Assembly: GCA_046261745.1 (NCBI GenBank)
Contig: JBHEOD010000007.1
Location: forward strand, 1 to 59,012
Direction: 5' to 3'
DNA length: 59,012 nt
Source: Candidatus Binatia bacterium
GTDB lineage: Bacteria; Desulfobacterota; Binatia; UBA1149; CAITLU01
The notes beneath the pieces are model-generated. The model was not told where the DNA came from and made no database searches. It saw only the letters and a program-made list of their open reading frames with translations. Positions 11,731 to 21,572 of this stretch are shown here, one piece after another. The number at the start of each line of letters is the position of its first letter. The stretch's first letter is position 1. The translations under genes and the position numbers were made by a program.

Positions 11731-13803
11731 CTACGCGTGCCCCGCCTTCGTCGCGCTAGCCCTTCTCGCCGGAGCCGCACTCTTCGGCCACAGCGTGAAG
11801 CGGAACGTGGTGCCCTCATCGACCTCGCTGTCGGCCCACACCCGCCCGCCGTGCCTCTCGATGATGCGCTGCACCGTCGCCAGCCCGATGCCGGTTCCCT
11901 CGAAATCGCCGATCGCATGCAGGCGCTGGAACGGGCGGAACAGCTTGCCGACGAACTGCATGTCGAAGCCGACGCCGTCGTCACGAACGAAGTACACGCG
12001 CTCGCCGTCGATCGTCTCGGACCCGAACTCGATGACCGCGGTCGGCCGCCTGCTGGTGTATTTCCATGCGTTGCCGATCAGGTTCTCGACGACGATCCGT
12101 AACAGCGGCTCGTCGCCCTCGACCACGAGGCCGTCGGCGATCACGAAGTTCGTGTCGCGCACCGGTCGTTCCTGCTCGAGGTCCTCGACGACGCTCCGCG
12201 CGATCGCGCTCAGGTCCACCTTCTCCACCGTCATCGAAGCGCGGGACATGCGCGAGAACGCGAGCAGATCGTGGATCAGGCGGTCCATGCGCGCACTCGT
12301 CGAATGGATCCTGTGAAGATAAGAGCGGCCCTGCTCGTCGAGCGTCTCCGAGTACTCCTCGAGGAACATCTTCGCGAAGCCCTCGATCACGCGCAGCGGT
12401 GCGCGCAAGTCGTGAGACACCGAGTAACTGAAAGCCTCGAGCTCGCGATTGGCCGCGACCAGCTCGGCCGTGCGATCCCGCACACGCTGTTCGAGTTCCG
12501 CGTTGAGCCGGTGCACTTCCTCCCGAATGCGCCTGCGTTCGGTCACGTCGTCGATGATCACCTGAATCGACGACTGGCCGTGGAAGACGATGGGGCTCGC
12601 CATTACCTCCACGTCGATCGTCGTGCCGTCGAGGCGAAGGAACACCTCTTCCACGCGCCCGGCCGGCTTTCCTTCCTCGGTCATGCTGCGGATTCGCTCG
12701 ATGGCGAGGGCGCGGCTGGACTCGTGCACGAGTTCGAGGAGCGGATGGCCCAGGAGGTCGGACGGGTCGCTCGCGCCGACGAGCCTCAGGGCCGAGCCGT
12801 TGGCGAACACGATCTTGCCGCCGCGGTGCACGACGATCGAGTTCGGCGACATCTCGACGAGTTCGCGGTAGCGGGCTTCGCTTTCGTAGAGCGCTTCCAG
12901 CGTGCGCTTGCGCGCGGTGATCTCACTGAACACACCGGTCACGCCCGTCACTTCACCGTTCTCGATGGTGGGGCCGATGGACGCGTGCACCCAGCGTATC
13001 TCCCCGTTCTTGTCGTGGACTCGATACTCTACCTGGGCCGACTCGCCGGCGAGGTTGCGCTGGAACACGGCCGCAAGAGCGGGCAGGTCGTCCACGTGCA
13101 CGAAGTCGGCGAAAGAGCGGCCGAGAACCTCCGCCGGCGTGTAGGAAGAGACCTGTTCGATGGCCGGGCTGCAGTAGAGAAAGTTGCCGGAACGGTCCAG
13201 GGCGTAAACCACGTCGTTCAGGTTCTCGACGAAATGCCGGAAGCGCTCCTCGGCCGCACGGAGATCCTCGTCGCGCTGCTTGGCGGCCGTGATGTCCACC
13301 ATGACCCCGCGCAACAACAGCGGGCCGGAGGGCTGTTCAACCACCGTCACGATGTCGCGCAGCCACACCGCGCGCCCGTCAGCCGCAATCATGCGGTATT
13401 CGAAGTCGTGGTTCTTTCGCTCCTCGGTCGATCGCCGACAAAACGCCACTACCCACGCGCAGTCGTCGGGATGGATGTGATTGCACCAGAAGTCGGGATC
13501 CTCCACCCACCGTGCGGGCGGGTAACCCAGCAGCCTTTCAGCCTGCGCGCTCACGAACGTGAAGCGCAGGGTCTCGCCGTTGGCCTCCCAAACGATGCCG
13601 TCGATCGATGCGACGAGGTGCTCGTACTGTTCGCGCGAACGACGAAGCTCGGCTTCGATGGACTCGTCTGTGGCGGGCGTCACCGCGGCGCCGAGCGCGG
13701 GCACGCCCGCCGCCTCCTTGGCGGCGTCGTTTCCCTTCGTAGCTGTCCGACCTGTTGTCATCGCGTTCGCGGCAGTTTGCTCGCCCAGCCACGCCGAAGC
13801 CAA
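11731..13803 (-). CDS. multi-PAS sensor histidine kinase
   Basis: Several PAS/PAC segments, the H-box VSHDLRAPL, and HATPase boxes NLIGNAWKY, DDGVGF, GTGIGL. Confidence 0.9.
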   Translation of the reverse strand: MASAWLGEQTAANAMTTGRTATKGNDAAKEAAGVPALGAAVTPATDESIEAELRRSREQYEHLVASIDGIVWEANGETLRFTFVSAQAERLLGYPPARWVEDPDFWCNHIHPDDCAWVVAFCRRSTEERKNHDFEYRMIAADGRAVWLRDIVTVVEQPSGPLLLRGVMVDITAAKQRDEDLRAAEERFRHFVENLNDVVYALDRSGNFLYCSPAIEQVSSYTPAEVLGRSFADFVHVDDLPALAAVFQRNLAGESAQVEYRVHDKNGEIRWVHASIGPTIENGEVTGVTGVFSEITARKRTLEALYESEARYRELVEMSPNSIVVHRGGKIVFANGSALRLVGASDPSDLLGHPLLELVHESSRALAIERIRSMTEEGKPAGRVEEVFLRLDGTTIDVEVMASPIVFHGQSSIQVIIDDVTERRRIREEVHRLNAELEQRVRDRTAELVAANRELEAFSYSVSHDLRAPLRVIEGFAKMFLEEYSETLDEQGRSYLHRIHSTSARMDRLIHDLLAFSRMSRASMTVEKVDLSAIARSVVEDLEQERPVRDTNFVIADGLVVEGDEPLLRIVVENLIGNAWKYTSRRPTAVIEFGSETIDGERVYFVRDDGVGFDMQFVGKLFRPFQRLHAIGDFEGTGIGLATVQRIIERHGGRVWADSEVDEGTTFRFTLWPKSAAPARRASATKAGHA

Positions 13804-13889
13804 CGGCGGACCGGACAGATGGGGGATTCCGAGCGAACATCACATCTGCGTCGTTGAAGACGCCGAGGGGCTTTTTGTAGCGTCCCGGC

Positions 13890-15107
13890 ATGAGTCCGAC
13901 TTCCTGGCCGACCGATGCTCCGGCCCGAGCAAAGAACACCGAGAGCGGCTCTCCCGCCGTGCGCCGCCTCAGCGCATTGCTGGCCGCAGCCGTCGAGGCC
14001 GGCGCCTCCGACCTCCACCTGGAGCCCGACCGCGACGGGCTGCGAGTGCGCATGCGCGTGGACGGTCACCTCCACGACATCGAACCGCCGCCGGCCGCGC
14101 TGGTGGCGGCACTGCTCACCCGAATTCGCCTGCTCTCGCGCGTCGACCTGGCCGAGCGCCGCCTCCCGCAGGACGGCCGCTTCACGTGGGCCCTCGATGC
14201 AGGCGAATCCGTCGACGTCCGTGCCTCGTTCCTGCCGGCGGCACGCGGCGAGAAGATCGCGCTGCGGCTTCTGCGTCATCACGGCGCGGCTCCGAGCCTC
14301 GATGCGCTCGGCATGAGCAGCGACGCGCTCGAGCGCTTCCGCCATGCCCTTGCCCGGCCGAACGGCCTGCTGCTCGTCGTGGGTCCCACCGGAAGCGGAA
14401 AATCCACGACCCTGCACGCCGCTCTGGTGCACCTGCGCGGCGCGACGCGTTCGCTGGCAAGCGTGGAAGATCCTGTCGAGTTCGACATTGCCGGCGTCTC
14501 GCAGGTGGCCGTCGACGAGGAGATCGGCAGGACGTTCGCCGTCGTGCTGCGCGCGTTGCTGCGCCAGGACCCCGATGTGCTGATGGTGGGCGAGATCCGC
14601 GATGACGAGAGCGCACGCATCGCGTGCCGGGCAGCGCTCACCGGCCACCTTGTGCTGACAAGCCTGCACGCGTCGCATGCGCGTGAAGCACTTCTGCGCC
14701 TGCCGGAGATCGGAGTGCCCGACTACCTCGTCAGGGCGACGGTCGCGCTCGTCGTCGCGCAGCGACTGGTGCGCCGCCTCTGTCGAGCTTGTGTGCAGGC
14801 GCGTCGCTCCGATGCCGGCGACGCCGAGTGGTTCGCTCGCGCGGGGCTCACCGCACCCGCGAGGCTCGCGCAATCTCAAGGCTGCAGCGCATGCCTCGGA
14901 CACGGTTACCGGGGGCGTCTCGCTCTTTTCGAGATCGCCTCGTGCGCCGACGATGCGCCGTCTCCGTTCGCGGCCGGCAGTCTCGGTGCGGCCGGACTTG
15001 CGCAGGTGCTCGCCGGGGAAACCTCTTTCGAGGAAGTGCTGGCACACTGCCCGCACCCTGCGGACGGGCTCCTGCGTGCGAATCCTCGCGACGAGGCGCC
15101 GCGGTGA
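13890..15107 (+). CDS. GspE/PilB-family secretion ATPase lacking the N-terminal GSPII-E domain
   Basis: ASDLHLEP occurs about 40 aa from the start. Contains Walker A GPTGSGKST, GEIRD, and the tetracysteine CRAC...CSAC. Only 405 aa. Confidence 0.9.
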   Translation: MSPTSWPTDAPARAKNTESGSPAVRRLSALLAAAVEAGASDLHLEPDRDGLRVRMRVDGHLHDIEPPPAALVAALLTRIRLLSRVDLAERRLPQDGRFTWALDAGESVDVRASFLPAARGEKIALRLLRHHGAAPSLDALGMSSDALERFRHALARPNGLLLVVGPTGSGKSTTLHAALVHLRGATRSLASVEDPVEFDIAGVSQVAVDEEIGRTFAVVLRALLRQDPDVLMVGEIRDDESARIACRAALTGHLVLTSLHASHAREALLRLPEIGVPDYLVRATVALVVAQRLVRRLCRACVQARRSDAGDAEWFARAGLTAPARLAQSQGCSACLGHGYRGRLALFEIASCADDAPSPFAAGSLGAAGLAQVLAGETSFEEVLAHCPHPADGLLRANPRDEAPR

Positions 15108-16219
15108 ACAGTTCCGCACGCTTCTCCCGGCCCGCGGTCGCGCTGCAACGAGGCAGTCGTGGGCGGTTGCAGCCGCGCCGCGCGATTTCGCGACGCGAAG
15201 CCGCCGCCGTCATCGCGCGCCTGGCGGCACTGACGGCCGCGGGCGTCGCCACGGGCGATGCGATCGCGGCGTCGGCTCGCAACGGCGATCGCCTGCTTGC
15301 GCGCCTGCACACGGCCGTGCGTCGCGGGGTCGCGCTATCGGCGGCGATGGGCGACGCGAGCCTGCCGTTTGGCGAAGCCGAGGTGGCCGTCGTACGCGCC
15401 GGCGAACGCGGCGGCTCGACGCCGCGTGCGCTCGCACTGCTGGCCGAACGGATGGAGCGCGAGGCCGGTGGACGCAGTCGCATCGCCGCTGCCCTTGCCT
15501 ACCCCTGTATCCTGGCCGCGGGCGCGCTCGGTGCGCTGTGCTTCCTGTCGATCGTCGTGCTGCCGTCGTTCACGACGATGTACACCGGCCAGAACGTCGA
15601 GTTGCCGTGGGCGACGCGCACACTGCTCGCGTTCGGCAACGCGGTGCAGGCGCACGGCCTGGCCATGCTCGCGGCGACCGCCGCTGCGGGCGGCGGATTC
15701 TCGATCGCCAGAAGCCGCAGCCGCCGCTTCGGCCGCTTCTGCGACGGCGTCGTGATCGACGCTCCGGGTCTGCGCGCACTCGCGGCGCCGCGCGCCGCTC
15801 ACGAGTCGTGCGCGCTGCTGGCCGTGCTGCTGGAAGCGGGCTGCGAAGCGGAGGAAGCGCTTGCGCTGGCGGCGCGGGCGGCGGGCAATCGCATCGTGGC
15901 CGAGCGGCTCGGCGAGGCCTTGCGGTCACTGCGCCATGGCGTTCCGCTCAGCCGCGCGTGGAGCGCCGCCGGGCTCGACCGCAGTGGTGACGCTGCGCCG
16001 CTGCTGGAGATCGCCGAGGCCACCGGCGGCTACGGCCAGGCCTTCACCAGATTGGCCGTGCTCGAAGGCGCAGCCGCCGAGCGCGCCCTCACCCAGACCT
16101 GCCGGCTCGCCGAGCCGATTTCGGTGATCGCGATGGCGGTCGCCGTCGGCGGCGGCGTGCTCGCTCTTTACCAACCGATGCTCGGGTCGGCATCGCTTCT
16201 ACTCGGAGGAACACCATGA
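15104..16219 (+). CDS. GspF/PilC-family inner-membrane platform protein
   Basis: GTG 15104 overlaps the ATPase stop (GTGA). It has T2SSF-like repeats (ALAYPCILAAGALGALCFLSIVVLPSF...; EPISVIAMAVAVGGGVLALYQPM). Confidence 0.85.
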   Translation: MNSSARFSRPAVALQRGSRGRLQPRRAISRREAAAVIARLAALTAAGVATGDAIAASARNGDRLLARLHTAVRRGVALSAAMGDASLPFGEAEVAVVRAGERGGSTPRALALLAERMEREAGGRSRIAAALAYPCILAAGALGALCFLSIVVLPSFTTMYTGQNVELPWATRTLLAFGNAVQAHGLAMLAATAAAGGGFSIARSRSRRFGRFCDGVVIDAPGLRALAAPRAAHESCALLAVLLEAGCEAEEALALAARAAGNRIVAERLGEALRSLRHGVPLSRAWSAAGLDRSGDAAPLLEIAEATGGYGQAFTRLAVLEGAAAERALTQTCRLAEPISVIAMAVAVGGGVLALYQPMLGSASLLLGGTP

Positions 16220-16746
16220 ACGATCGTGATCGCAGCTCTCTCTTTCCCTTCCGCTCTCGTGTCGCGCGCGGCGCGAAGCCAGCTGGGGCCGTGCCGGCTC
16301 TACTCGCCGCGACTTCGCCGGGCGCGCCAGCACCGCAGCATCGCCGGATTCGCCGACTGAGACTCGTTGTGATGCCACAGGCCTCGCGCCCGCCCGAAGG
16401 CGGATTCAGCCTGCTCGAGTTGCTCGTCGTCGTCGCGATTCTCGGAATCCTGGTTGCGGCCGCCCTGCCGCGCTTCGCCGAGTTTCGCGCGGCCGCGTAC
16501 GATTCGCGCTCGCAACAGGACCTTCGCAACCTGGCGGCTGCGGAAGAGCTCTTTCGCGCGACTTCGCCCACCTATGCCGACGACACGGCACTGCTGACGG
16601 GATTCGCAGCTTCCGAAGGCGTGGACGTTGCGCTCGAGTCGGCGACGGAGACCGCGTTCATCGCCACCGCCTCGCATCCGGCAGGATCGCGCGACTTCCG
16701 CTGGGACAGCAGTGCGGATCCACCGCTCTCTTCAGCGGTGCGCTGA
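16216..16746 (+). CDS. prepilin-type pilin/pseudopilin (class III signal G|FSLLE)
   Basis: Contains GFSLLELLVVVAILGILVAAALP. ATG 16216 has SD GGAGGA and overlaps the upstream stop (ATGA). An alternative ATG at 16372 would give a normal short leader. Confidence 0.75.
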   Translation: MNDRDRSSLFPFRSRVARGAKPAGAVPALLAATSPGAPAPQHRRIRRLRLVVMPQASRPPEGGFSLLELLVVVAILGILVAAALPRFAEFRAAAYDSRSQQDLRNLAAAEELFRATSPTYADDTALLTGFAASEGVDVALESATETAFIATASHPAGSRDFRWDSSADPPLSSAVR

Positions 16747-16937
16747 ACGAGCCCGGGCGCGGGTCTCCGGCGGATCTGCGCCCGGAGGCCCTCGCCGGGC
16801 TCCCGGGTTCCTCGGCAACCTGCCAGCCCATGCACCGCAGCAGTGCGGGCGTTCGAGCGGCGTCCGCGCTATGCGTAGGCTGGCAAGCGCGACGGCGCTT
16901 GCGCGGCGGAATCCATGCAGACGACAACGGTGCCACG

Positions 16938-17702
16938 ATGACTCTGCTGCTCGCCGTTCTGTTCGGCCTCGTCATCGGGAGCTTCCTCAACGTCTGCATC
17001 GTCAGGCTTCCGGAGGAGGAGTCGATCGTCTCGCCTTCCTCGCACTGCCGGACCTGCCACGCCCCGGTGGCCTGGCGCGACAATGTGCCGGTCGCCAGCT
17101 TCGTGATGCTCGGCGGTCGCTGTCGCGGCTGCGGCGCGCCGTTCTCCATGCGCTACCCCTTCGTCGAGATCCTGACCGGTGTTCTCTTCGGCGTGGTTGC
17201 CATGCAGGAGCTGCCACTTCCCGTGACGATCCTGCAAATGGCCATCGTCTCGGCGATGATCGTCATCACCTTCATCGACATCGATCACTTCCTGATCCTC
17301 AACGTGATTACGTACCCATCGATCGTGCTGGCACCGGTGCTGGCCGTGCTGGTCGGGCACATCACCCTTGCCGACAGCCTGCTCGGCATCGTCGCCGGAG
17401 GCGGCCTGTTGTGGGCGTTCGCGTGGAGCTACGAGGCGATTCGCAAGCGCGAGGGAATGGGCTTCGGCGACGTCAAGCTGATCGCGATGATCGGCGGGCT
17501 GCTCGGATGGCAGGCCACGCTGTTCAGCCTGTTCGCGGGTTCCATTGTCGGTTCCGTCGTCGGCCTGGCCGCGATGGTCCTGCGCGCACGCAAGTTCGAC
17601 CTCGAGATTCCGTTCGGTCCCTTCCTGGCCTTTGGAGCGCTGCTCTACATGTTTGCCGGACCGGAACTGATCGACTGGTGGCTCGGTGTGCCCGCCTTCT
17701 GA
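16938..17702 (+). CDS. pilD: prepilin peptidase (A24 family)
   Basis: Contains IGSFLNVCIVRLP, Cys pairs CRTC...CRGC, and GFGDVKL. Confidence 0.9.
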   Translation: MTLLLAVLFGLVIGSFLNVCIVRLPEEESIVSPSSHCRTCHAPVAWRDNVPVASFVMLGGRCRGCGAPFSMRYPFVEILTGVLFGVVAMQELPLPVTILQMAIVSAMIVITFIDIDHFLILNVITYPSIVLAPVLAVLVGHITLADSLLGIVAGGGLLWAFAWSYEAIRKREGMGFGDVKLIAMIGGLLGWQATLFSLFAGSIVGSVVGLAAMVLRARKFDLEIPFGPFLAFGALLYMFAGPELIDWWLGVPAF

Positions 17703-17816
17703 CGGGAGGAGCCGCCCGTTTGCCCCCGGATCGATCGGCGGCTAGGAGCGCGCAGCGCGACAGTCCGGGGAGAGCGCTCGCGCGCGCTCAGGACGAGGCG
17801 AAGCGAGGAGATTTTC

Positions 17817-18602
17817 GTGAGCGAGAAAAAGTACGAGTTCATCAAGGTGGAAGCGCAGGACCGCGTCCTCGTCGTCACCATCAACCGTCCCGAGTCTTTC
17901 AACTCGCTCCACCCCGCCGCCAATCTCGAGATGGGCGATGCCTTCGACGATTTCGCCGTCAACGACGACCAGTGGGTCGCGATCGTGACCGGAGCCGGGG
18001 AAAAGGCCTTCTCGGCCGGCAACGACCTCAAGTGGACAGCGCAGAACCAAGGCAAGCTCGAGATTCCCCCGCGCGGCTTCGGCGGTCTGACCAATCGTTT
18101 CGACCTGGACAAGCCCGTGGTTGCGGCCGTCAACGGAGTGGCGCTCGGCGGCGGATTCGAGATCGCGCTTGCGTGCGACATCATCCTGGCTTCCTCGAAC
18201 GCGCGCTTCGGGCTTCCCGAGCCTCGCGTGGGACTGGCCGCGCTGGCCGGCGGCATGCATCGCCTGCCGCGACAGATCGGCCTGAAGAACGCGATGGGCA
18301 TGATGTTGACCGGCCGTCACGTGGACGCGGCCGAGGCCTTCCGCCTCGGCATCGCGCAGGAAGTGGTGGAACCGGCCCAGTTGATGGAGCGCGCGATGGC
18401 GTGGGCCGGCGAGATCGCCGCGTGCGCACCCCTTTCCGTGCGCGCAACCAAGCAGGTGGCGATGCAGAGCCTCGGCAGGCCGCTCGAGGACGCGGCGCGT
18501 GCGAAGTATCCGGCGGTGGAGAAGCTGTTCAAGTCGGAAGACTTCGTCGAAGGCCCGCGCGCGTTCGCAGAGAAGCGAAAGCCGAACTGGAAGGGCCGTT
18601 AG
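17817..18602 (+). CDS. enoyl-CoA hydratase/isomerase (crotonase) family protein
   Basis: Contains GAGEKAFSAGNDL and GVALGGGFEIALACD. SD GAGGAG precedes GTG 17817. Confidence 0.9.
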   Translation: MSEKKYEFIKVEAQDRVLVVTINRPESFNSLHPAANLEMGDAFDDFAVNDDQWVAIVTGAGEKAFSAGNDLKWTAQNQGKLEIPPRGFGGLTNRFDLDKPVVAAVNGVALGGGFEIALACDIILASSNARFGLPEPRVGLAALAGGMHRLPRQIGLKNAMGMMLTGRHVDAAEAFRLGIAQEVVEPAQLMERAMAWAGEIAACAPLSVRATKQVAMQSLGRPLEDAARAKYPAVEKLFKSEDFVEGPRAFAEKRKPNWKGR

Positions 18603-18625
18603 CAGCTGCGCAAAACCCCTTCCCG

Positions 18626-19405
18626 TCAATGCAGGTCGAGGTAGGCGGCGCGAACCACCTCGGCCCCGTAGTGCCTCTCGAGGCGCCGCACGGTGAAGTG
18701 TCCGCGCGCCATGTCCTGGAAGTGGTCGATGAAGAGCGTATTCAGCACCGCTCCGCCGGCCGCACCGACCACCGGCAGCGACTGCGCGACGATCTTCTCG
18801 GAGACGGGCACGCCGAAACGCACCGCCACCTGCGAGATGAATCGGACCATCGCCGGCACCGCCGTTCCCGTCACACCCCGGCCCGCGAGATGCTGGGCGG
18901 CCTCGGACAGCGCCTTGGCCAGCGCGAGACGGACCGCAAAGTACGCCGACTCGCTGGCATCGTCACCGGGCTGCCGTCCGCCGAGTGCGAACACCTCGAT
19001 GCACGCGAGCTTCGCTTCCATCGTCTTGATCGCTTCCCCCTCGCTGCGCGCGATGTCGGCAATCGAGCGCAGCATGATGGTGGTGGACAACGGCAACTCG
19101 ACCGCGAGAGCCGGCAGGCCGAACATGCCGCCGGCAGCCCCCGCCATCGCAACGGCGAGCTTGTGGCTCCAGTCCACGGAGTCGCGGCGCCGGTCGTCCA
19201 TCGACGCCACCGCGAAGTTGAGGGCGGCATCGAGGGACTTCTTGGTGGCCGTGGCCACCATTTCCCCCGCGCCGGCCGGTAGCGCGCCGAGTCCGCGCTC
19301 GATCGGCTTGCCGATCGCGCCGGCCACACGCGCGGCCAGGCTGGGATGCTCGAGCAGGTCCTTGGCATAACGCAGATCGGCTTCGTCGTAGGCTGCGAGT
19401 TTCAC
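18626..19405 (-). CDS. EcsC-family protein (tentative)
   Basis: 259-aa reading inside the spurious 532-aa track ORF. GTG 19405 has SD GGAGAGG. The family call is from remembered sequence resemblance only. Confidence 0.65.
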   Translation of the reverse strand: MKLAAYDEADLRYAKDLLEHPSLAARVAGAIGKPIERGLGALPAGAGEMVATATKKSLDAALNFAVASMDDRRRDSVDWSHKLAVAMAGAAGGMFGLPALAVELPLSTTIMLRSIADIARSEGEAIKTMEAKLACIEVFALGGRQPGDDASESAYFAVRLALAKALSEAAQHLAGRGVTGTAVPAMVRFISQVAVRFGVPVSEKIVAQSLPVVGAAGGAVLNTLFIDHFQDMARGHFTVRRLERHYGAEVVRAAYLDLH

Positions 19406-19917
19406 GCCTCTCCATCCTTGCGGATTTCGCTCCGCGCGCCGGTTGCGCCTTCCATCGTCGTAACGGACGCCGTGAACTCGCGCCGACACTCGTCGAGAAA
19501 ATCGGACCAGGTGTCGTTCAGCGGCCACAGCGTGCGAGCGTGTGCATCTGCTTGCTCGCGCGTCCACCCGAGCATGATTTCTCCATAGACGGCCATGAAG
19601 CTCGACACGCGGTAATTGGCAGCACAATGCACGAGGACTCGCTCCGCGGCGCACTCCTGCATCGACGAAAGGAAGATTCGGAAATCCTCGACGGTCGGCG
19701 CGTCGAACTGTACGGGGATGTGGCGATACCGCAGGCCCAGCGACTGGACGAGACCGGCCTCGTCGGGAAGGCAGTAGCGCGGGTCGAGAAGCCCAAGATT
19801 GATCACGGCGGTATAGCCGGCCGCAGCGGCATCGCGCAGCTCGGTCTCGCTCGGTTGGCCGGCCGTACCGATGCGTTCGTCGATCGGAAGAAAATTGGCG
19901 ATGTCTTCCACTGCCAT
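19402..19917 (-). CDS. PTP-like/DUF442-type phosphatase-fold protein
   Basis: Contains an HCAANYRVS Cys/Arg P-loop-like motif. Its stop overlaps the downstream GTG (GTGA), implying an operon with the EcsC-like gene. Confidence 0.6.
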   Translation of the reverse strand: MAVEDIANFLPIDERIGTAGQPSETELRDAAAAGYTAVINLGLLDPRYCLPDEAGLVQSLGLRYRHIPVQFDAPTVEDFRIFLSSMQECAAERVLVHCAANYRVSSFMAVYGEIMLGWTREQADAHARTLWPLNDTWSDFLDECRREFTASVTTMEGATGARSEIRKDGEA

Positions 19918-20177
19918 GGTGCCGTCCCCTTCTATCGTCAACGCATCGCCGCGTGAACTTCTCCGCAGCACGTGCGGAGTAACCGGATTCGCATCGTGAG
20001 TATCCGCGACGCGTCTCACCCGCAATGATGCGGCCCCATCGCGTCGCTCGGCCCGCCCCGAACGCGGCGAGGGATGCGGCTACTCGCCCCATCCTCGGGA
20101 CTTGCGCGATACCACGCGGTGCGGCACCGTGACCAAGCGGCCGGGGGCGCCCCTTCACGACTTCGCCTGCGCGCACT

Positions 20178-21572
20178 ATGCCTGAAGCCAAACACCCGGA
20201 GCGCAGACTCGTCGTCATGGCCAATCGTCTGCCCTTTTATCGCCCGCAACCGGGCGGCGACGCGTGGTGCAAGAGCCCGGGTGGACTCGTTTCCGCGTTG
20301 ACGCCCATCCTGCAGGCCGAGGGTGGAAGCTGGATTGGGTGGGACGGGAACCCCGGCCGCGCTCCGGAGCCGTTCGAACAGGACGGCATTCGCAGCGTGC
20401 CGATCGCTCTCAGCCAGAAAGAGATCGACAGTTTCTACAAGGGCTTCGCCAACCGGACGCTGTGGCCGCTCTATCACGATGCCGTGCGCAGGCCTCATTT
20501 CGAGCAACGCTGGTGGAAACCGTACGTCGATGTGAATCGGCGATTTGCCGAGTGTGCGGCCGGGGAAGCAGCGCCCGGAGGCGTCGTGTGGGTGCAGGAC
20601 TACCACCTGCAACTTGTACCGGCGATGCTGCGTCAGCTTCGTCCTGACCTGCGCATCGGTTTTTTCCTGCACATCCCGTTTCCTCCCCAGGAGCTTTTCG
20701 CGCAGTTGCCCTGGAGGAAGCCCATCCTCGAAGGCATCCTGGGCGCAGACTTTTTCGCATGCCACACCGCCCTCGGTGCCAGCAACTTCGCCCAACTTGC
20801 CGTTCGCTACGCCGGAGCGGAGGCGGTTGACGGCGTCAATGCGCTGCGCTTCGACGGCCGCACGGTGCGCTTCGGTGCGCTGCCGATATCGATCGACGTC
20901 CAGCAGTTCGAGAGGGTTGCCAATAGCCACGCCGCACGCGAACGGGCCGCGTCGATCCGGCGTGAGCTCGGTGACAGGAAGATCCTTCTCGGCGTCGACC
21001 GGCTCGACTACACCAAGGGGATTGACATTCGTCTTCGGGCTTACGGCACGCTTCTCGATCGCGGCGCGCTGTCACCCGATCAATGCGTGCTGGTGCAAAC
21101 TGTCGTCCCGAGCCGCAGCGACGTGCTCGAGTACATGCGCGTACGGGACAAGGTCGAGCAGCTCGTCGGTTCGATCAACGGACGCCACGGTAGCCTGGGC
21201 CGCGTGGCGGTCCACTACCTGCACCAGAACCTCGAACTCGACGAACTCGTTCCGCTCTACCTGGCGGCCGACGTCATGCTGGTGACTCCGCTGCGAGACG
21301 GGATGAACCTCGTCTGCAAAGAATATGTCGCAACTCGAACCGACGGAGGAGGTGTGCTAGTGCTGAGCGAGTTCACAGGCGCGGCATACGAATTGACGGA
21401 GGCACTTCTCATTAACCCTTACGATCAGGAAGCTCTCGCGCGTTCGATCCTGCAGGCCCTCGAGATGCCGCCCGAAGAGGCGGCACGCCGGATGGGTGCG
21501 CTGCGCCGCACCGTCGAAACCCATGACGTGTACCAGTGGGCCCACGAGTTCCTGTCGGCGTTGGCGGCATGA
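20178..21572 (+). CDS. otsA: alpha,alpha-trehalose-phosphate synthase (GT20)
   Basis: Contains [21 protein letters not shown]-like VQDYHL, and [11 protein letters not shown]. Confidence 0.9.
   Translation: MPEAKHPERRLVVMANRLPFYRPQPGGDAWCKSPGGLVSALTPILQAEGGSWIGWDGNPGRAPEPFEQDGIRSVPIALSQKEIDSFYKGFANRTLWPLYHDAVRRPHFEQRWWKPYVDVNRRFAECAAGEAAPGGVVWVQDYHLQLVPAMLRQLRPDLRIGFFLHIPFPPQELFAQLPWRKPILEGILGADFFACHTALGASNFAQLAVRYAGAEAVDGVNALRFDGRTVRFGALPISIDVQQFERVANSHAARERAASIRRELGDRKILLGVDRLDYTKGIDIRLRAYGTLLDRGALSPDQCVLVQTVVPSRSDVLEYMRVRDKVEQLVGSINGRHGSLGRVAVHYLHQNLELDELVPLYLAADVMLVTPLRDGMNLVCKEYVATRTDGGGVLVLSEFTGAAYELTEALLINPYDQEALARSILQALEMPPEEAARRMGALRRTVETHDVYQWAHEFLSALAA

Noticed and set aside
9615-11984. 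789-aa ORF on the minus strand
   Set aside because: It is antisense to the well-supported S1 protease gene. It is Arg/Ala/Gly-rich with no motifs, which is a typical alternate-frame artefact of GC-rich DNA.
16628-19282. 884-aa plus-strand ORF spanning the pilin 3' end, pilD, the crotonase gene and the EcsC antisense strand
   Set aside because: It crosses four independently supported genes in other frames. It is extremely Arg-rich.
18626-20224. A single 532-aa ORF covering the EcsC-like and phosphatase-like regions
   Set aside because: The phosphatase-like protein is encoded in a different frame (19402-19917). The N-terminal 270 residues of the long ORF are Arg-rich nonsense. GTG 19405 with an SD gives a coherent EcsC-like protein.
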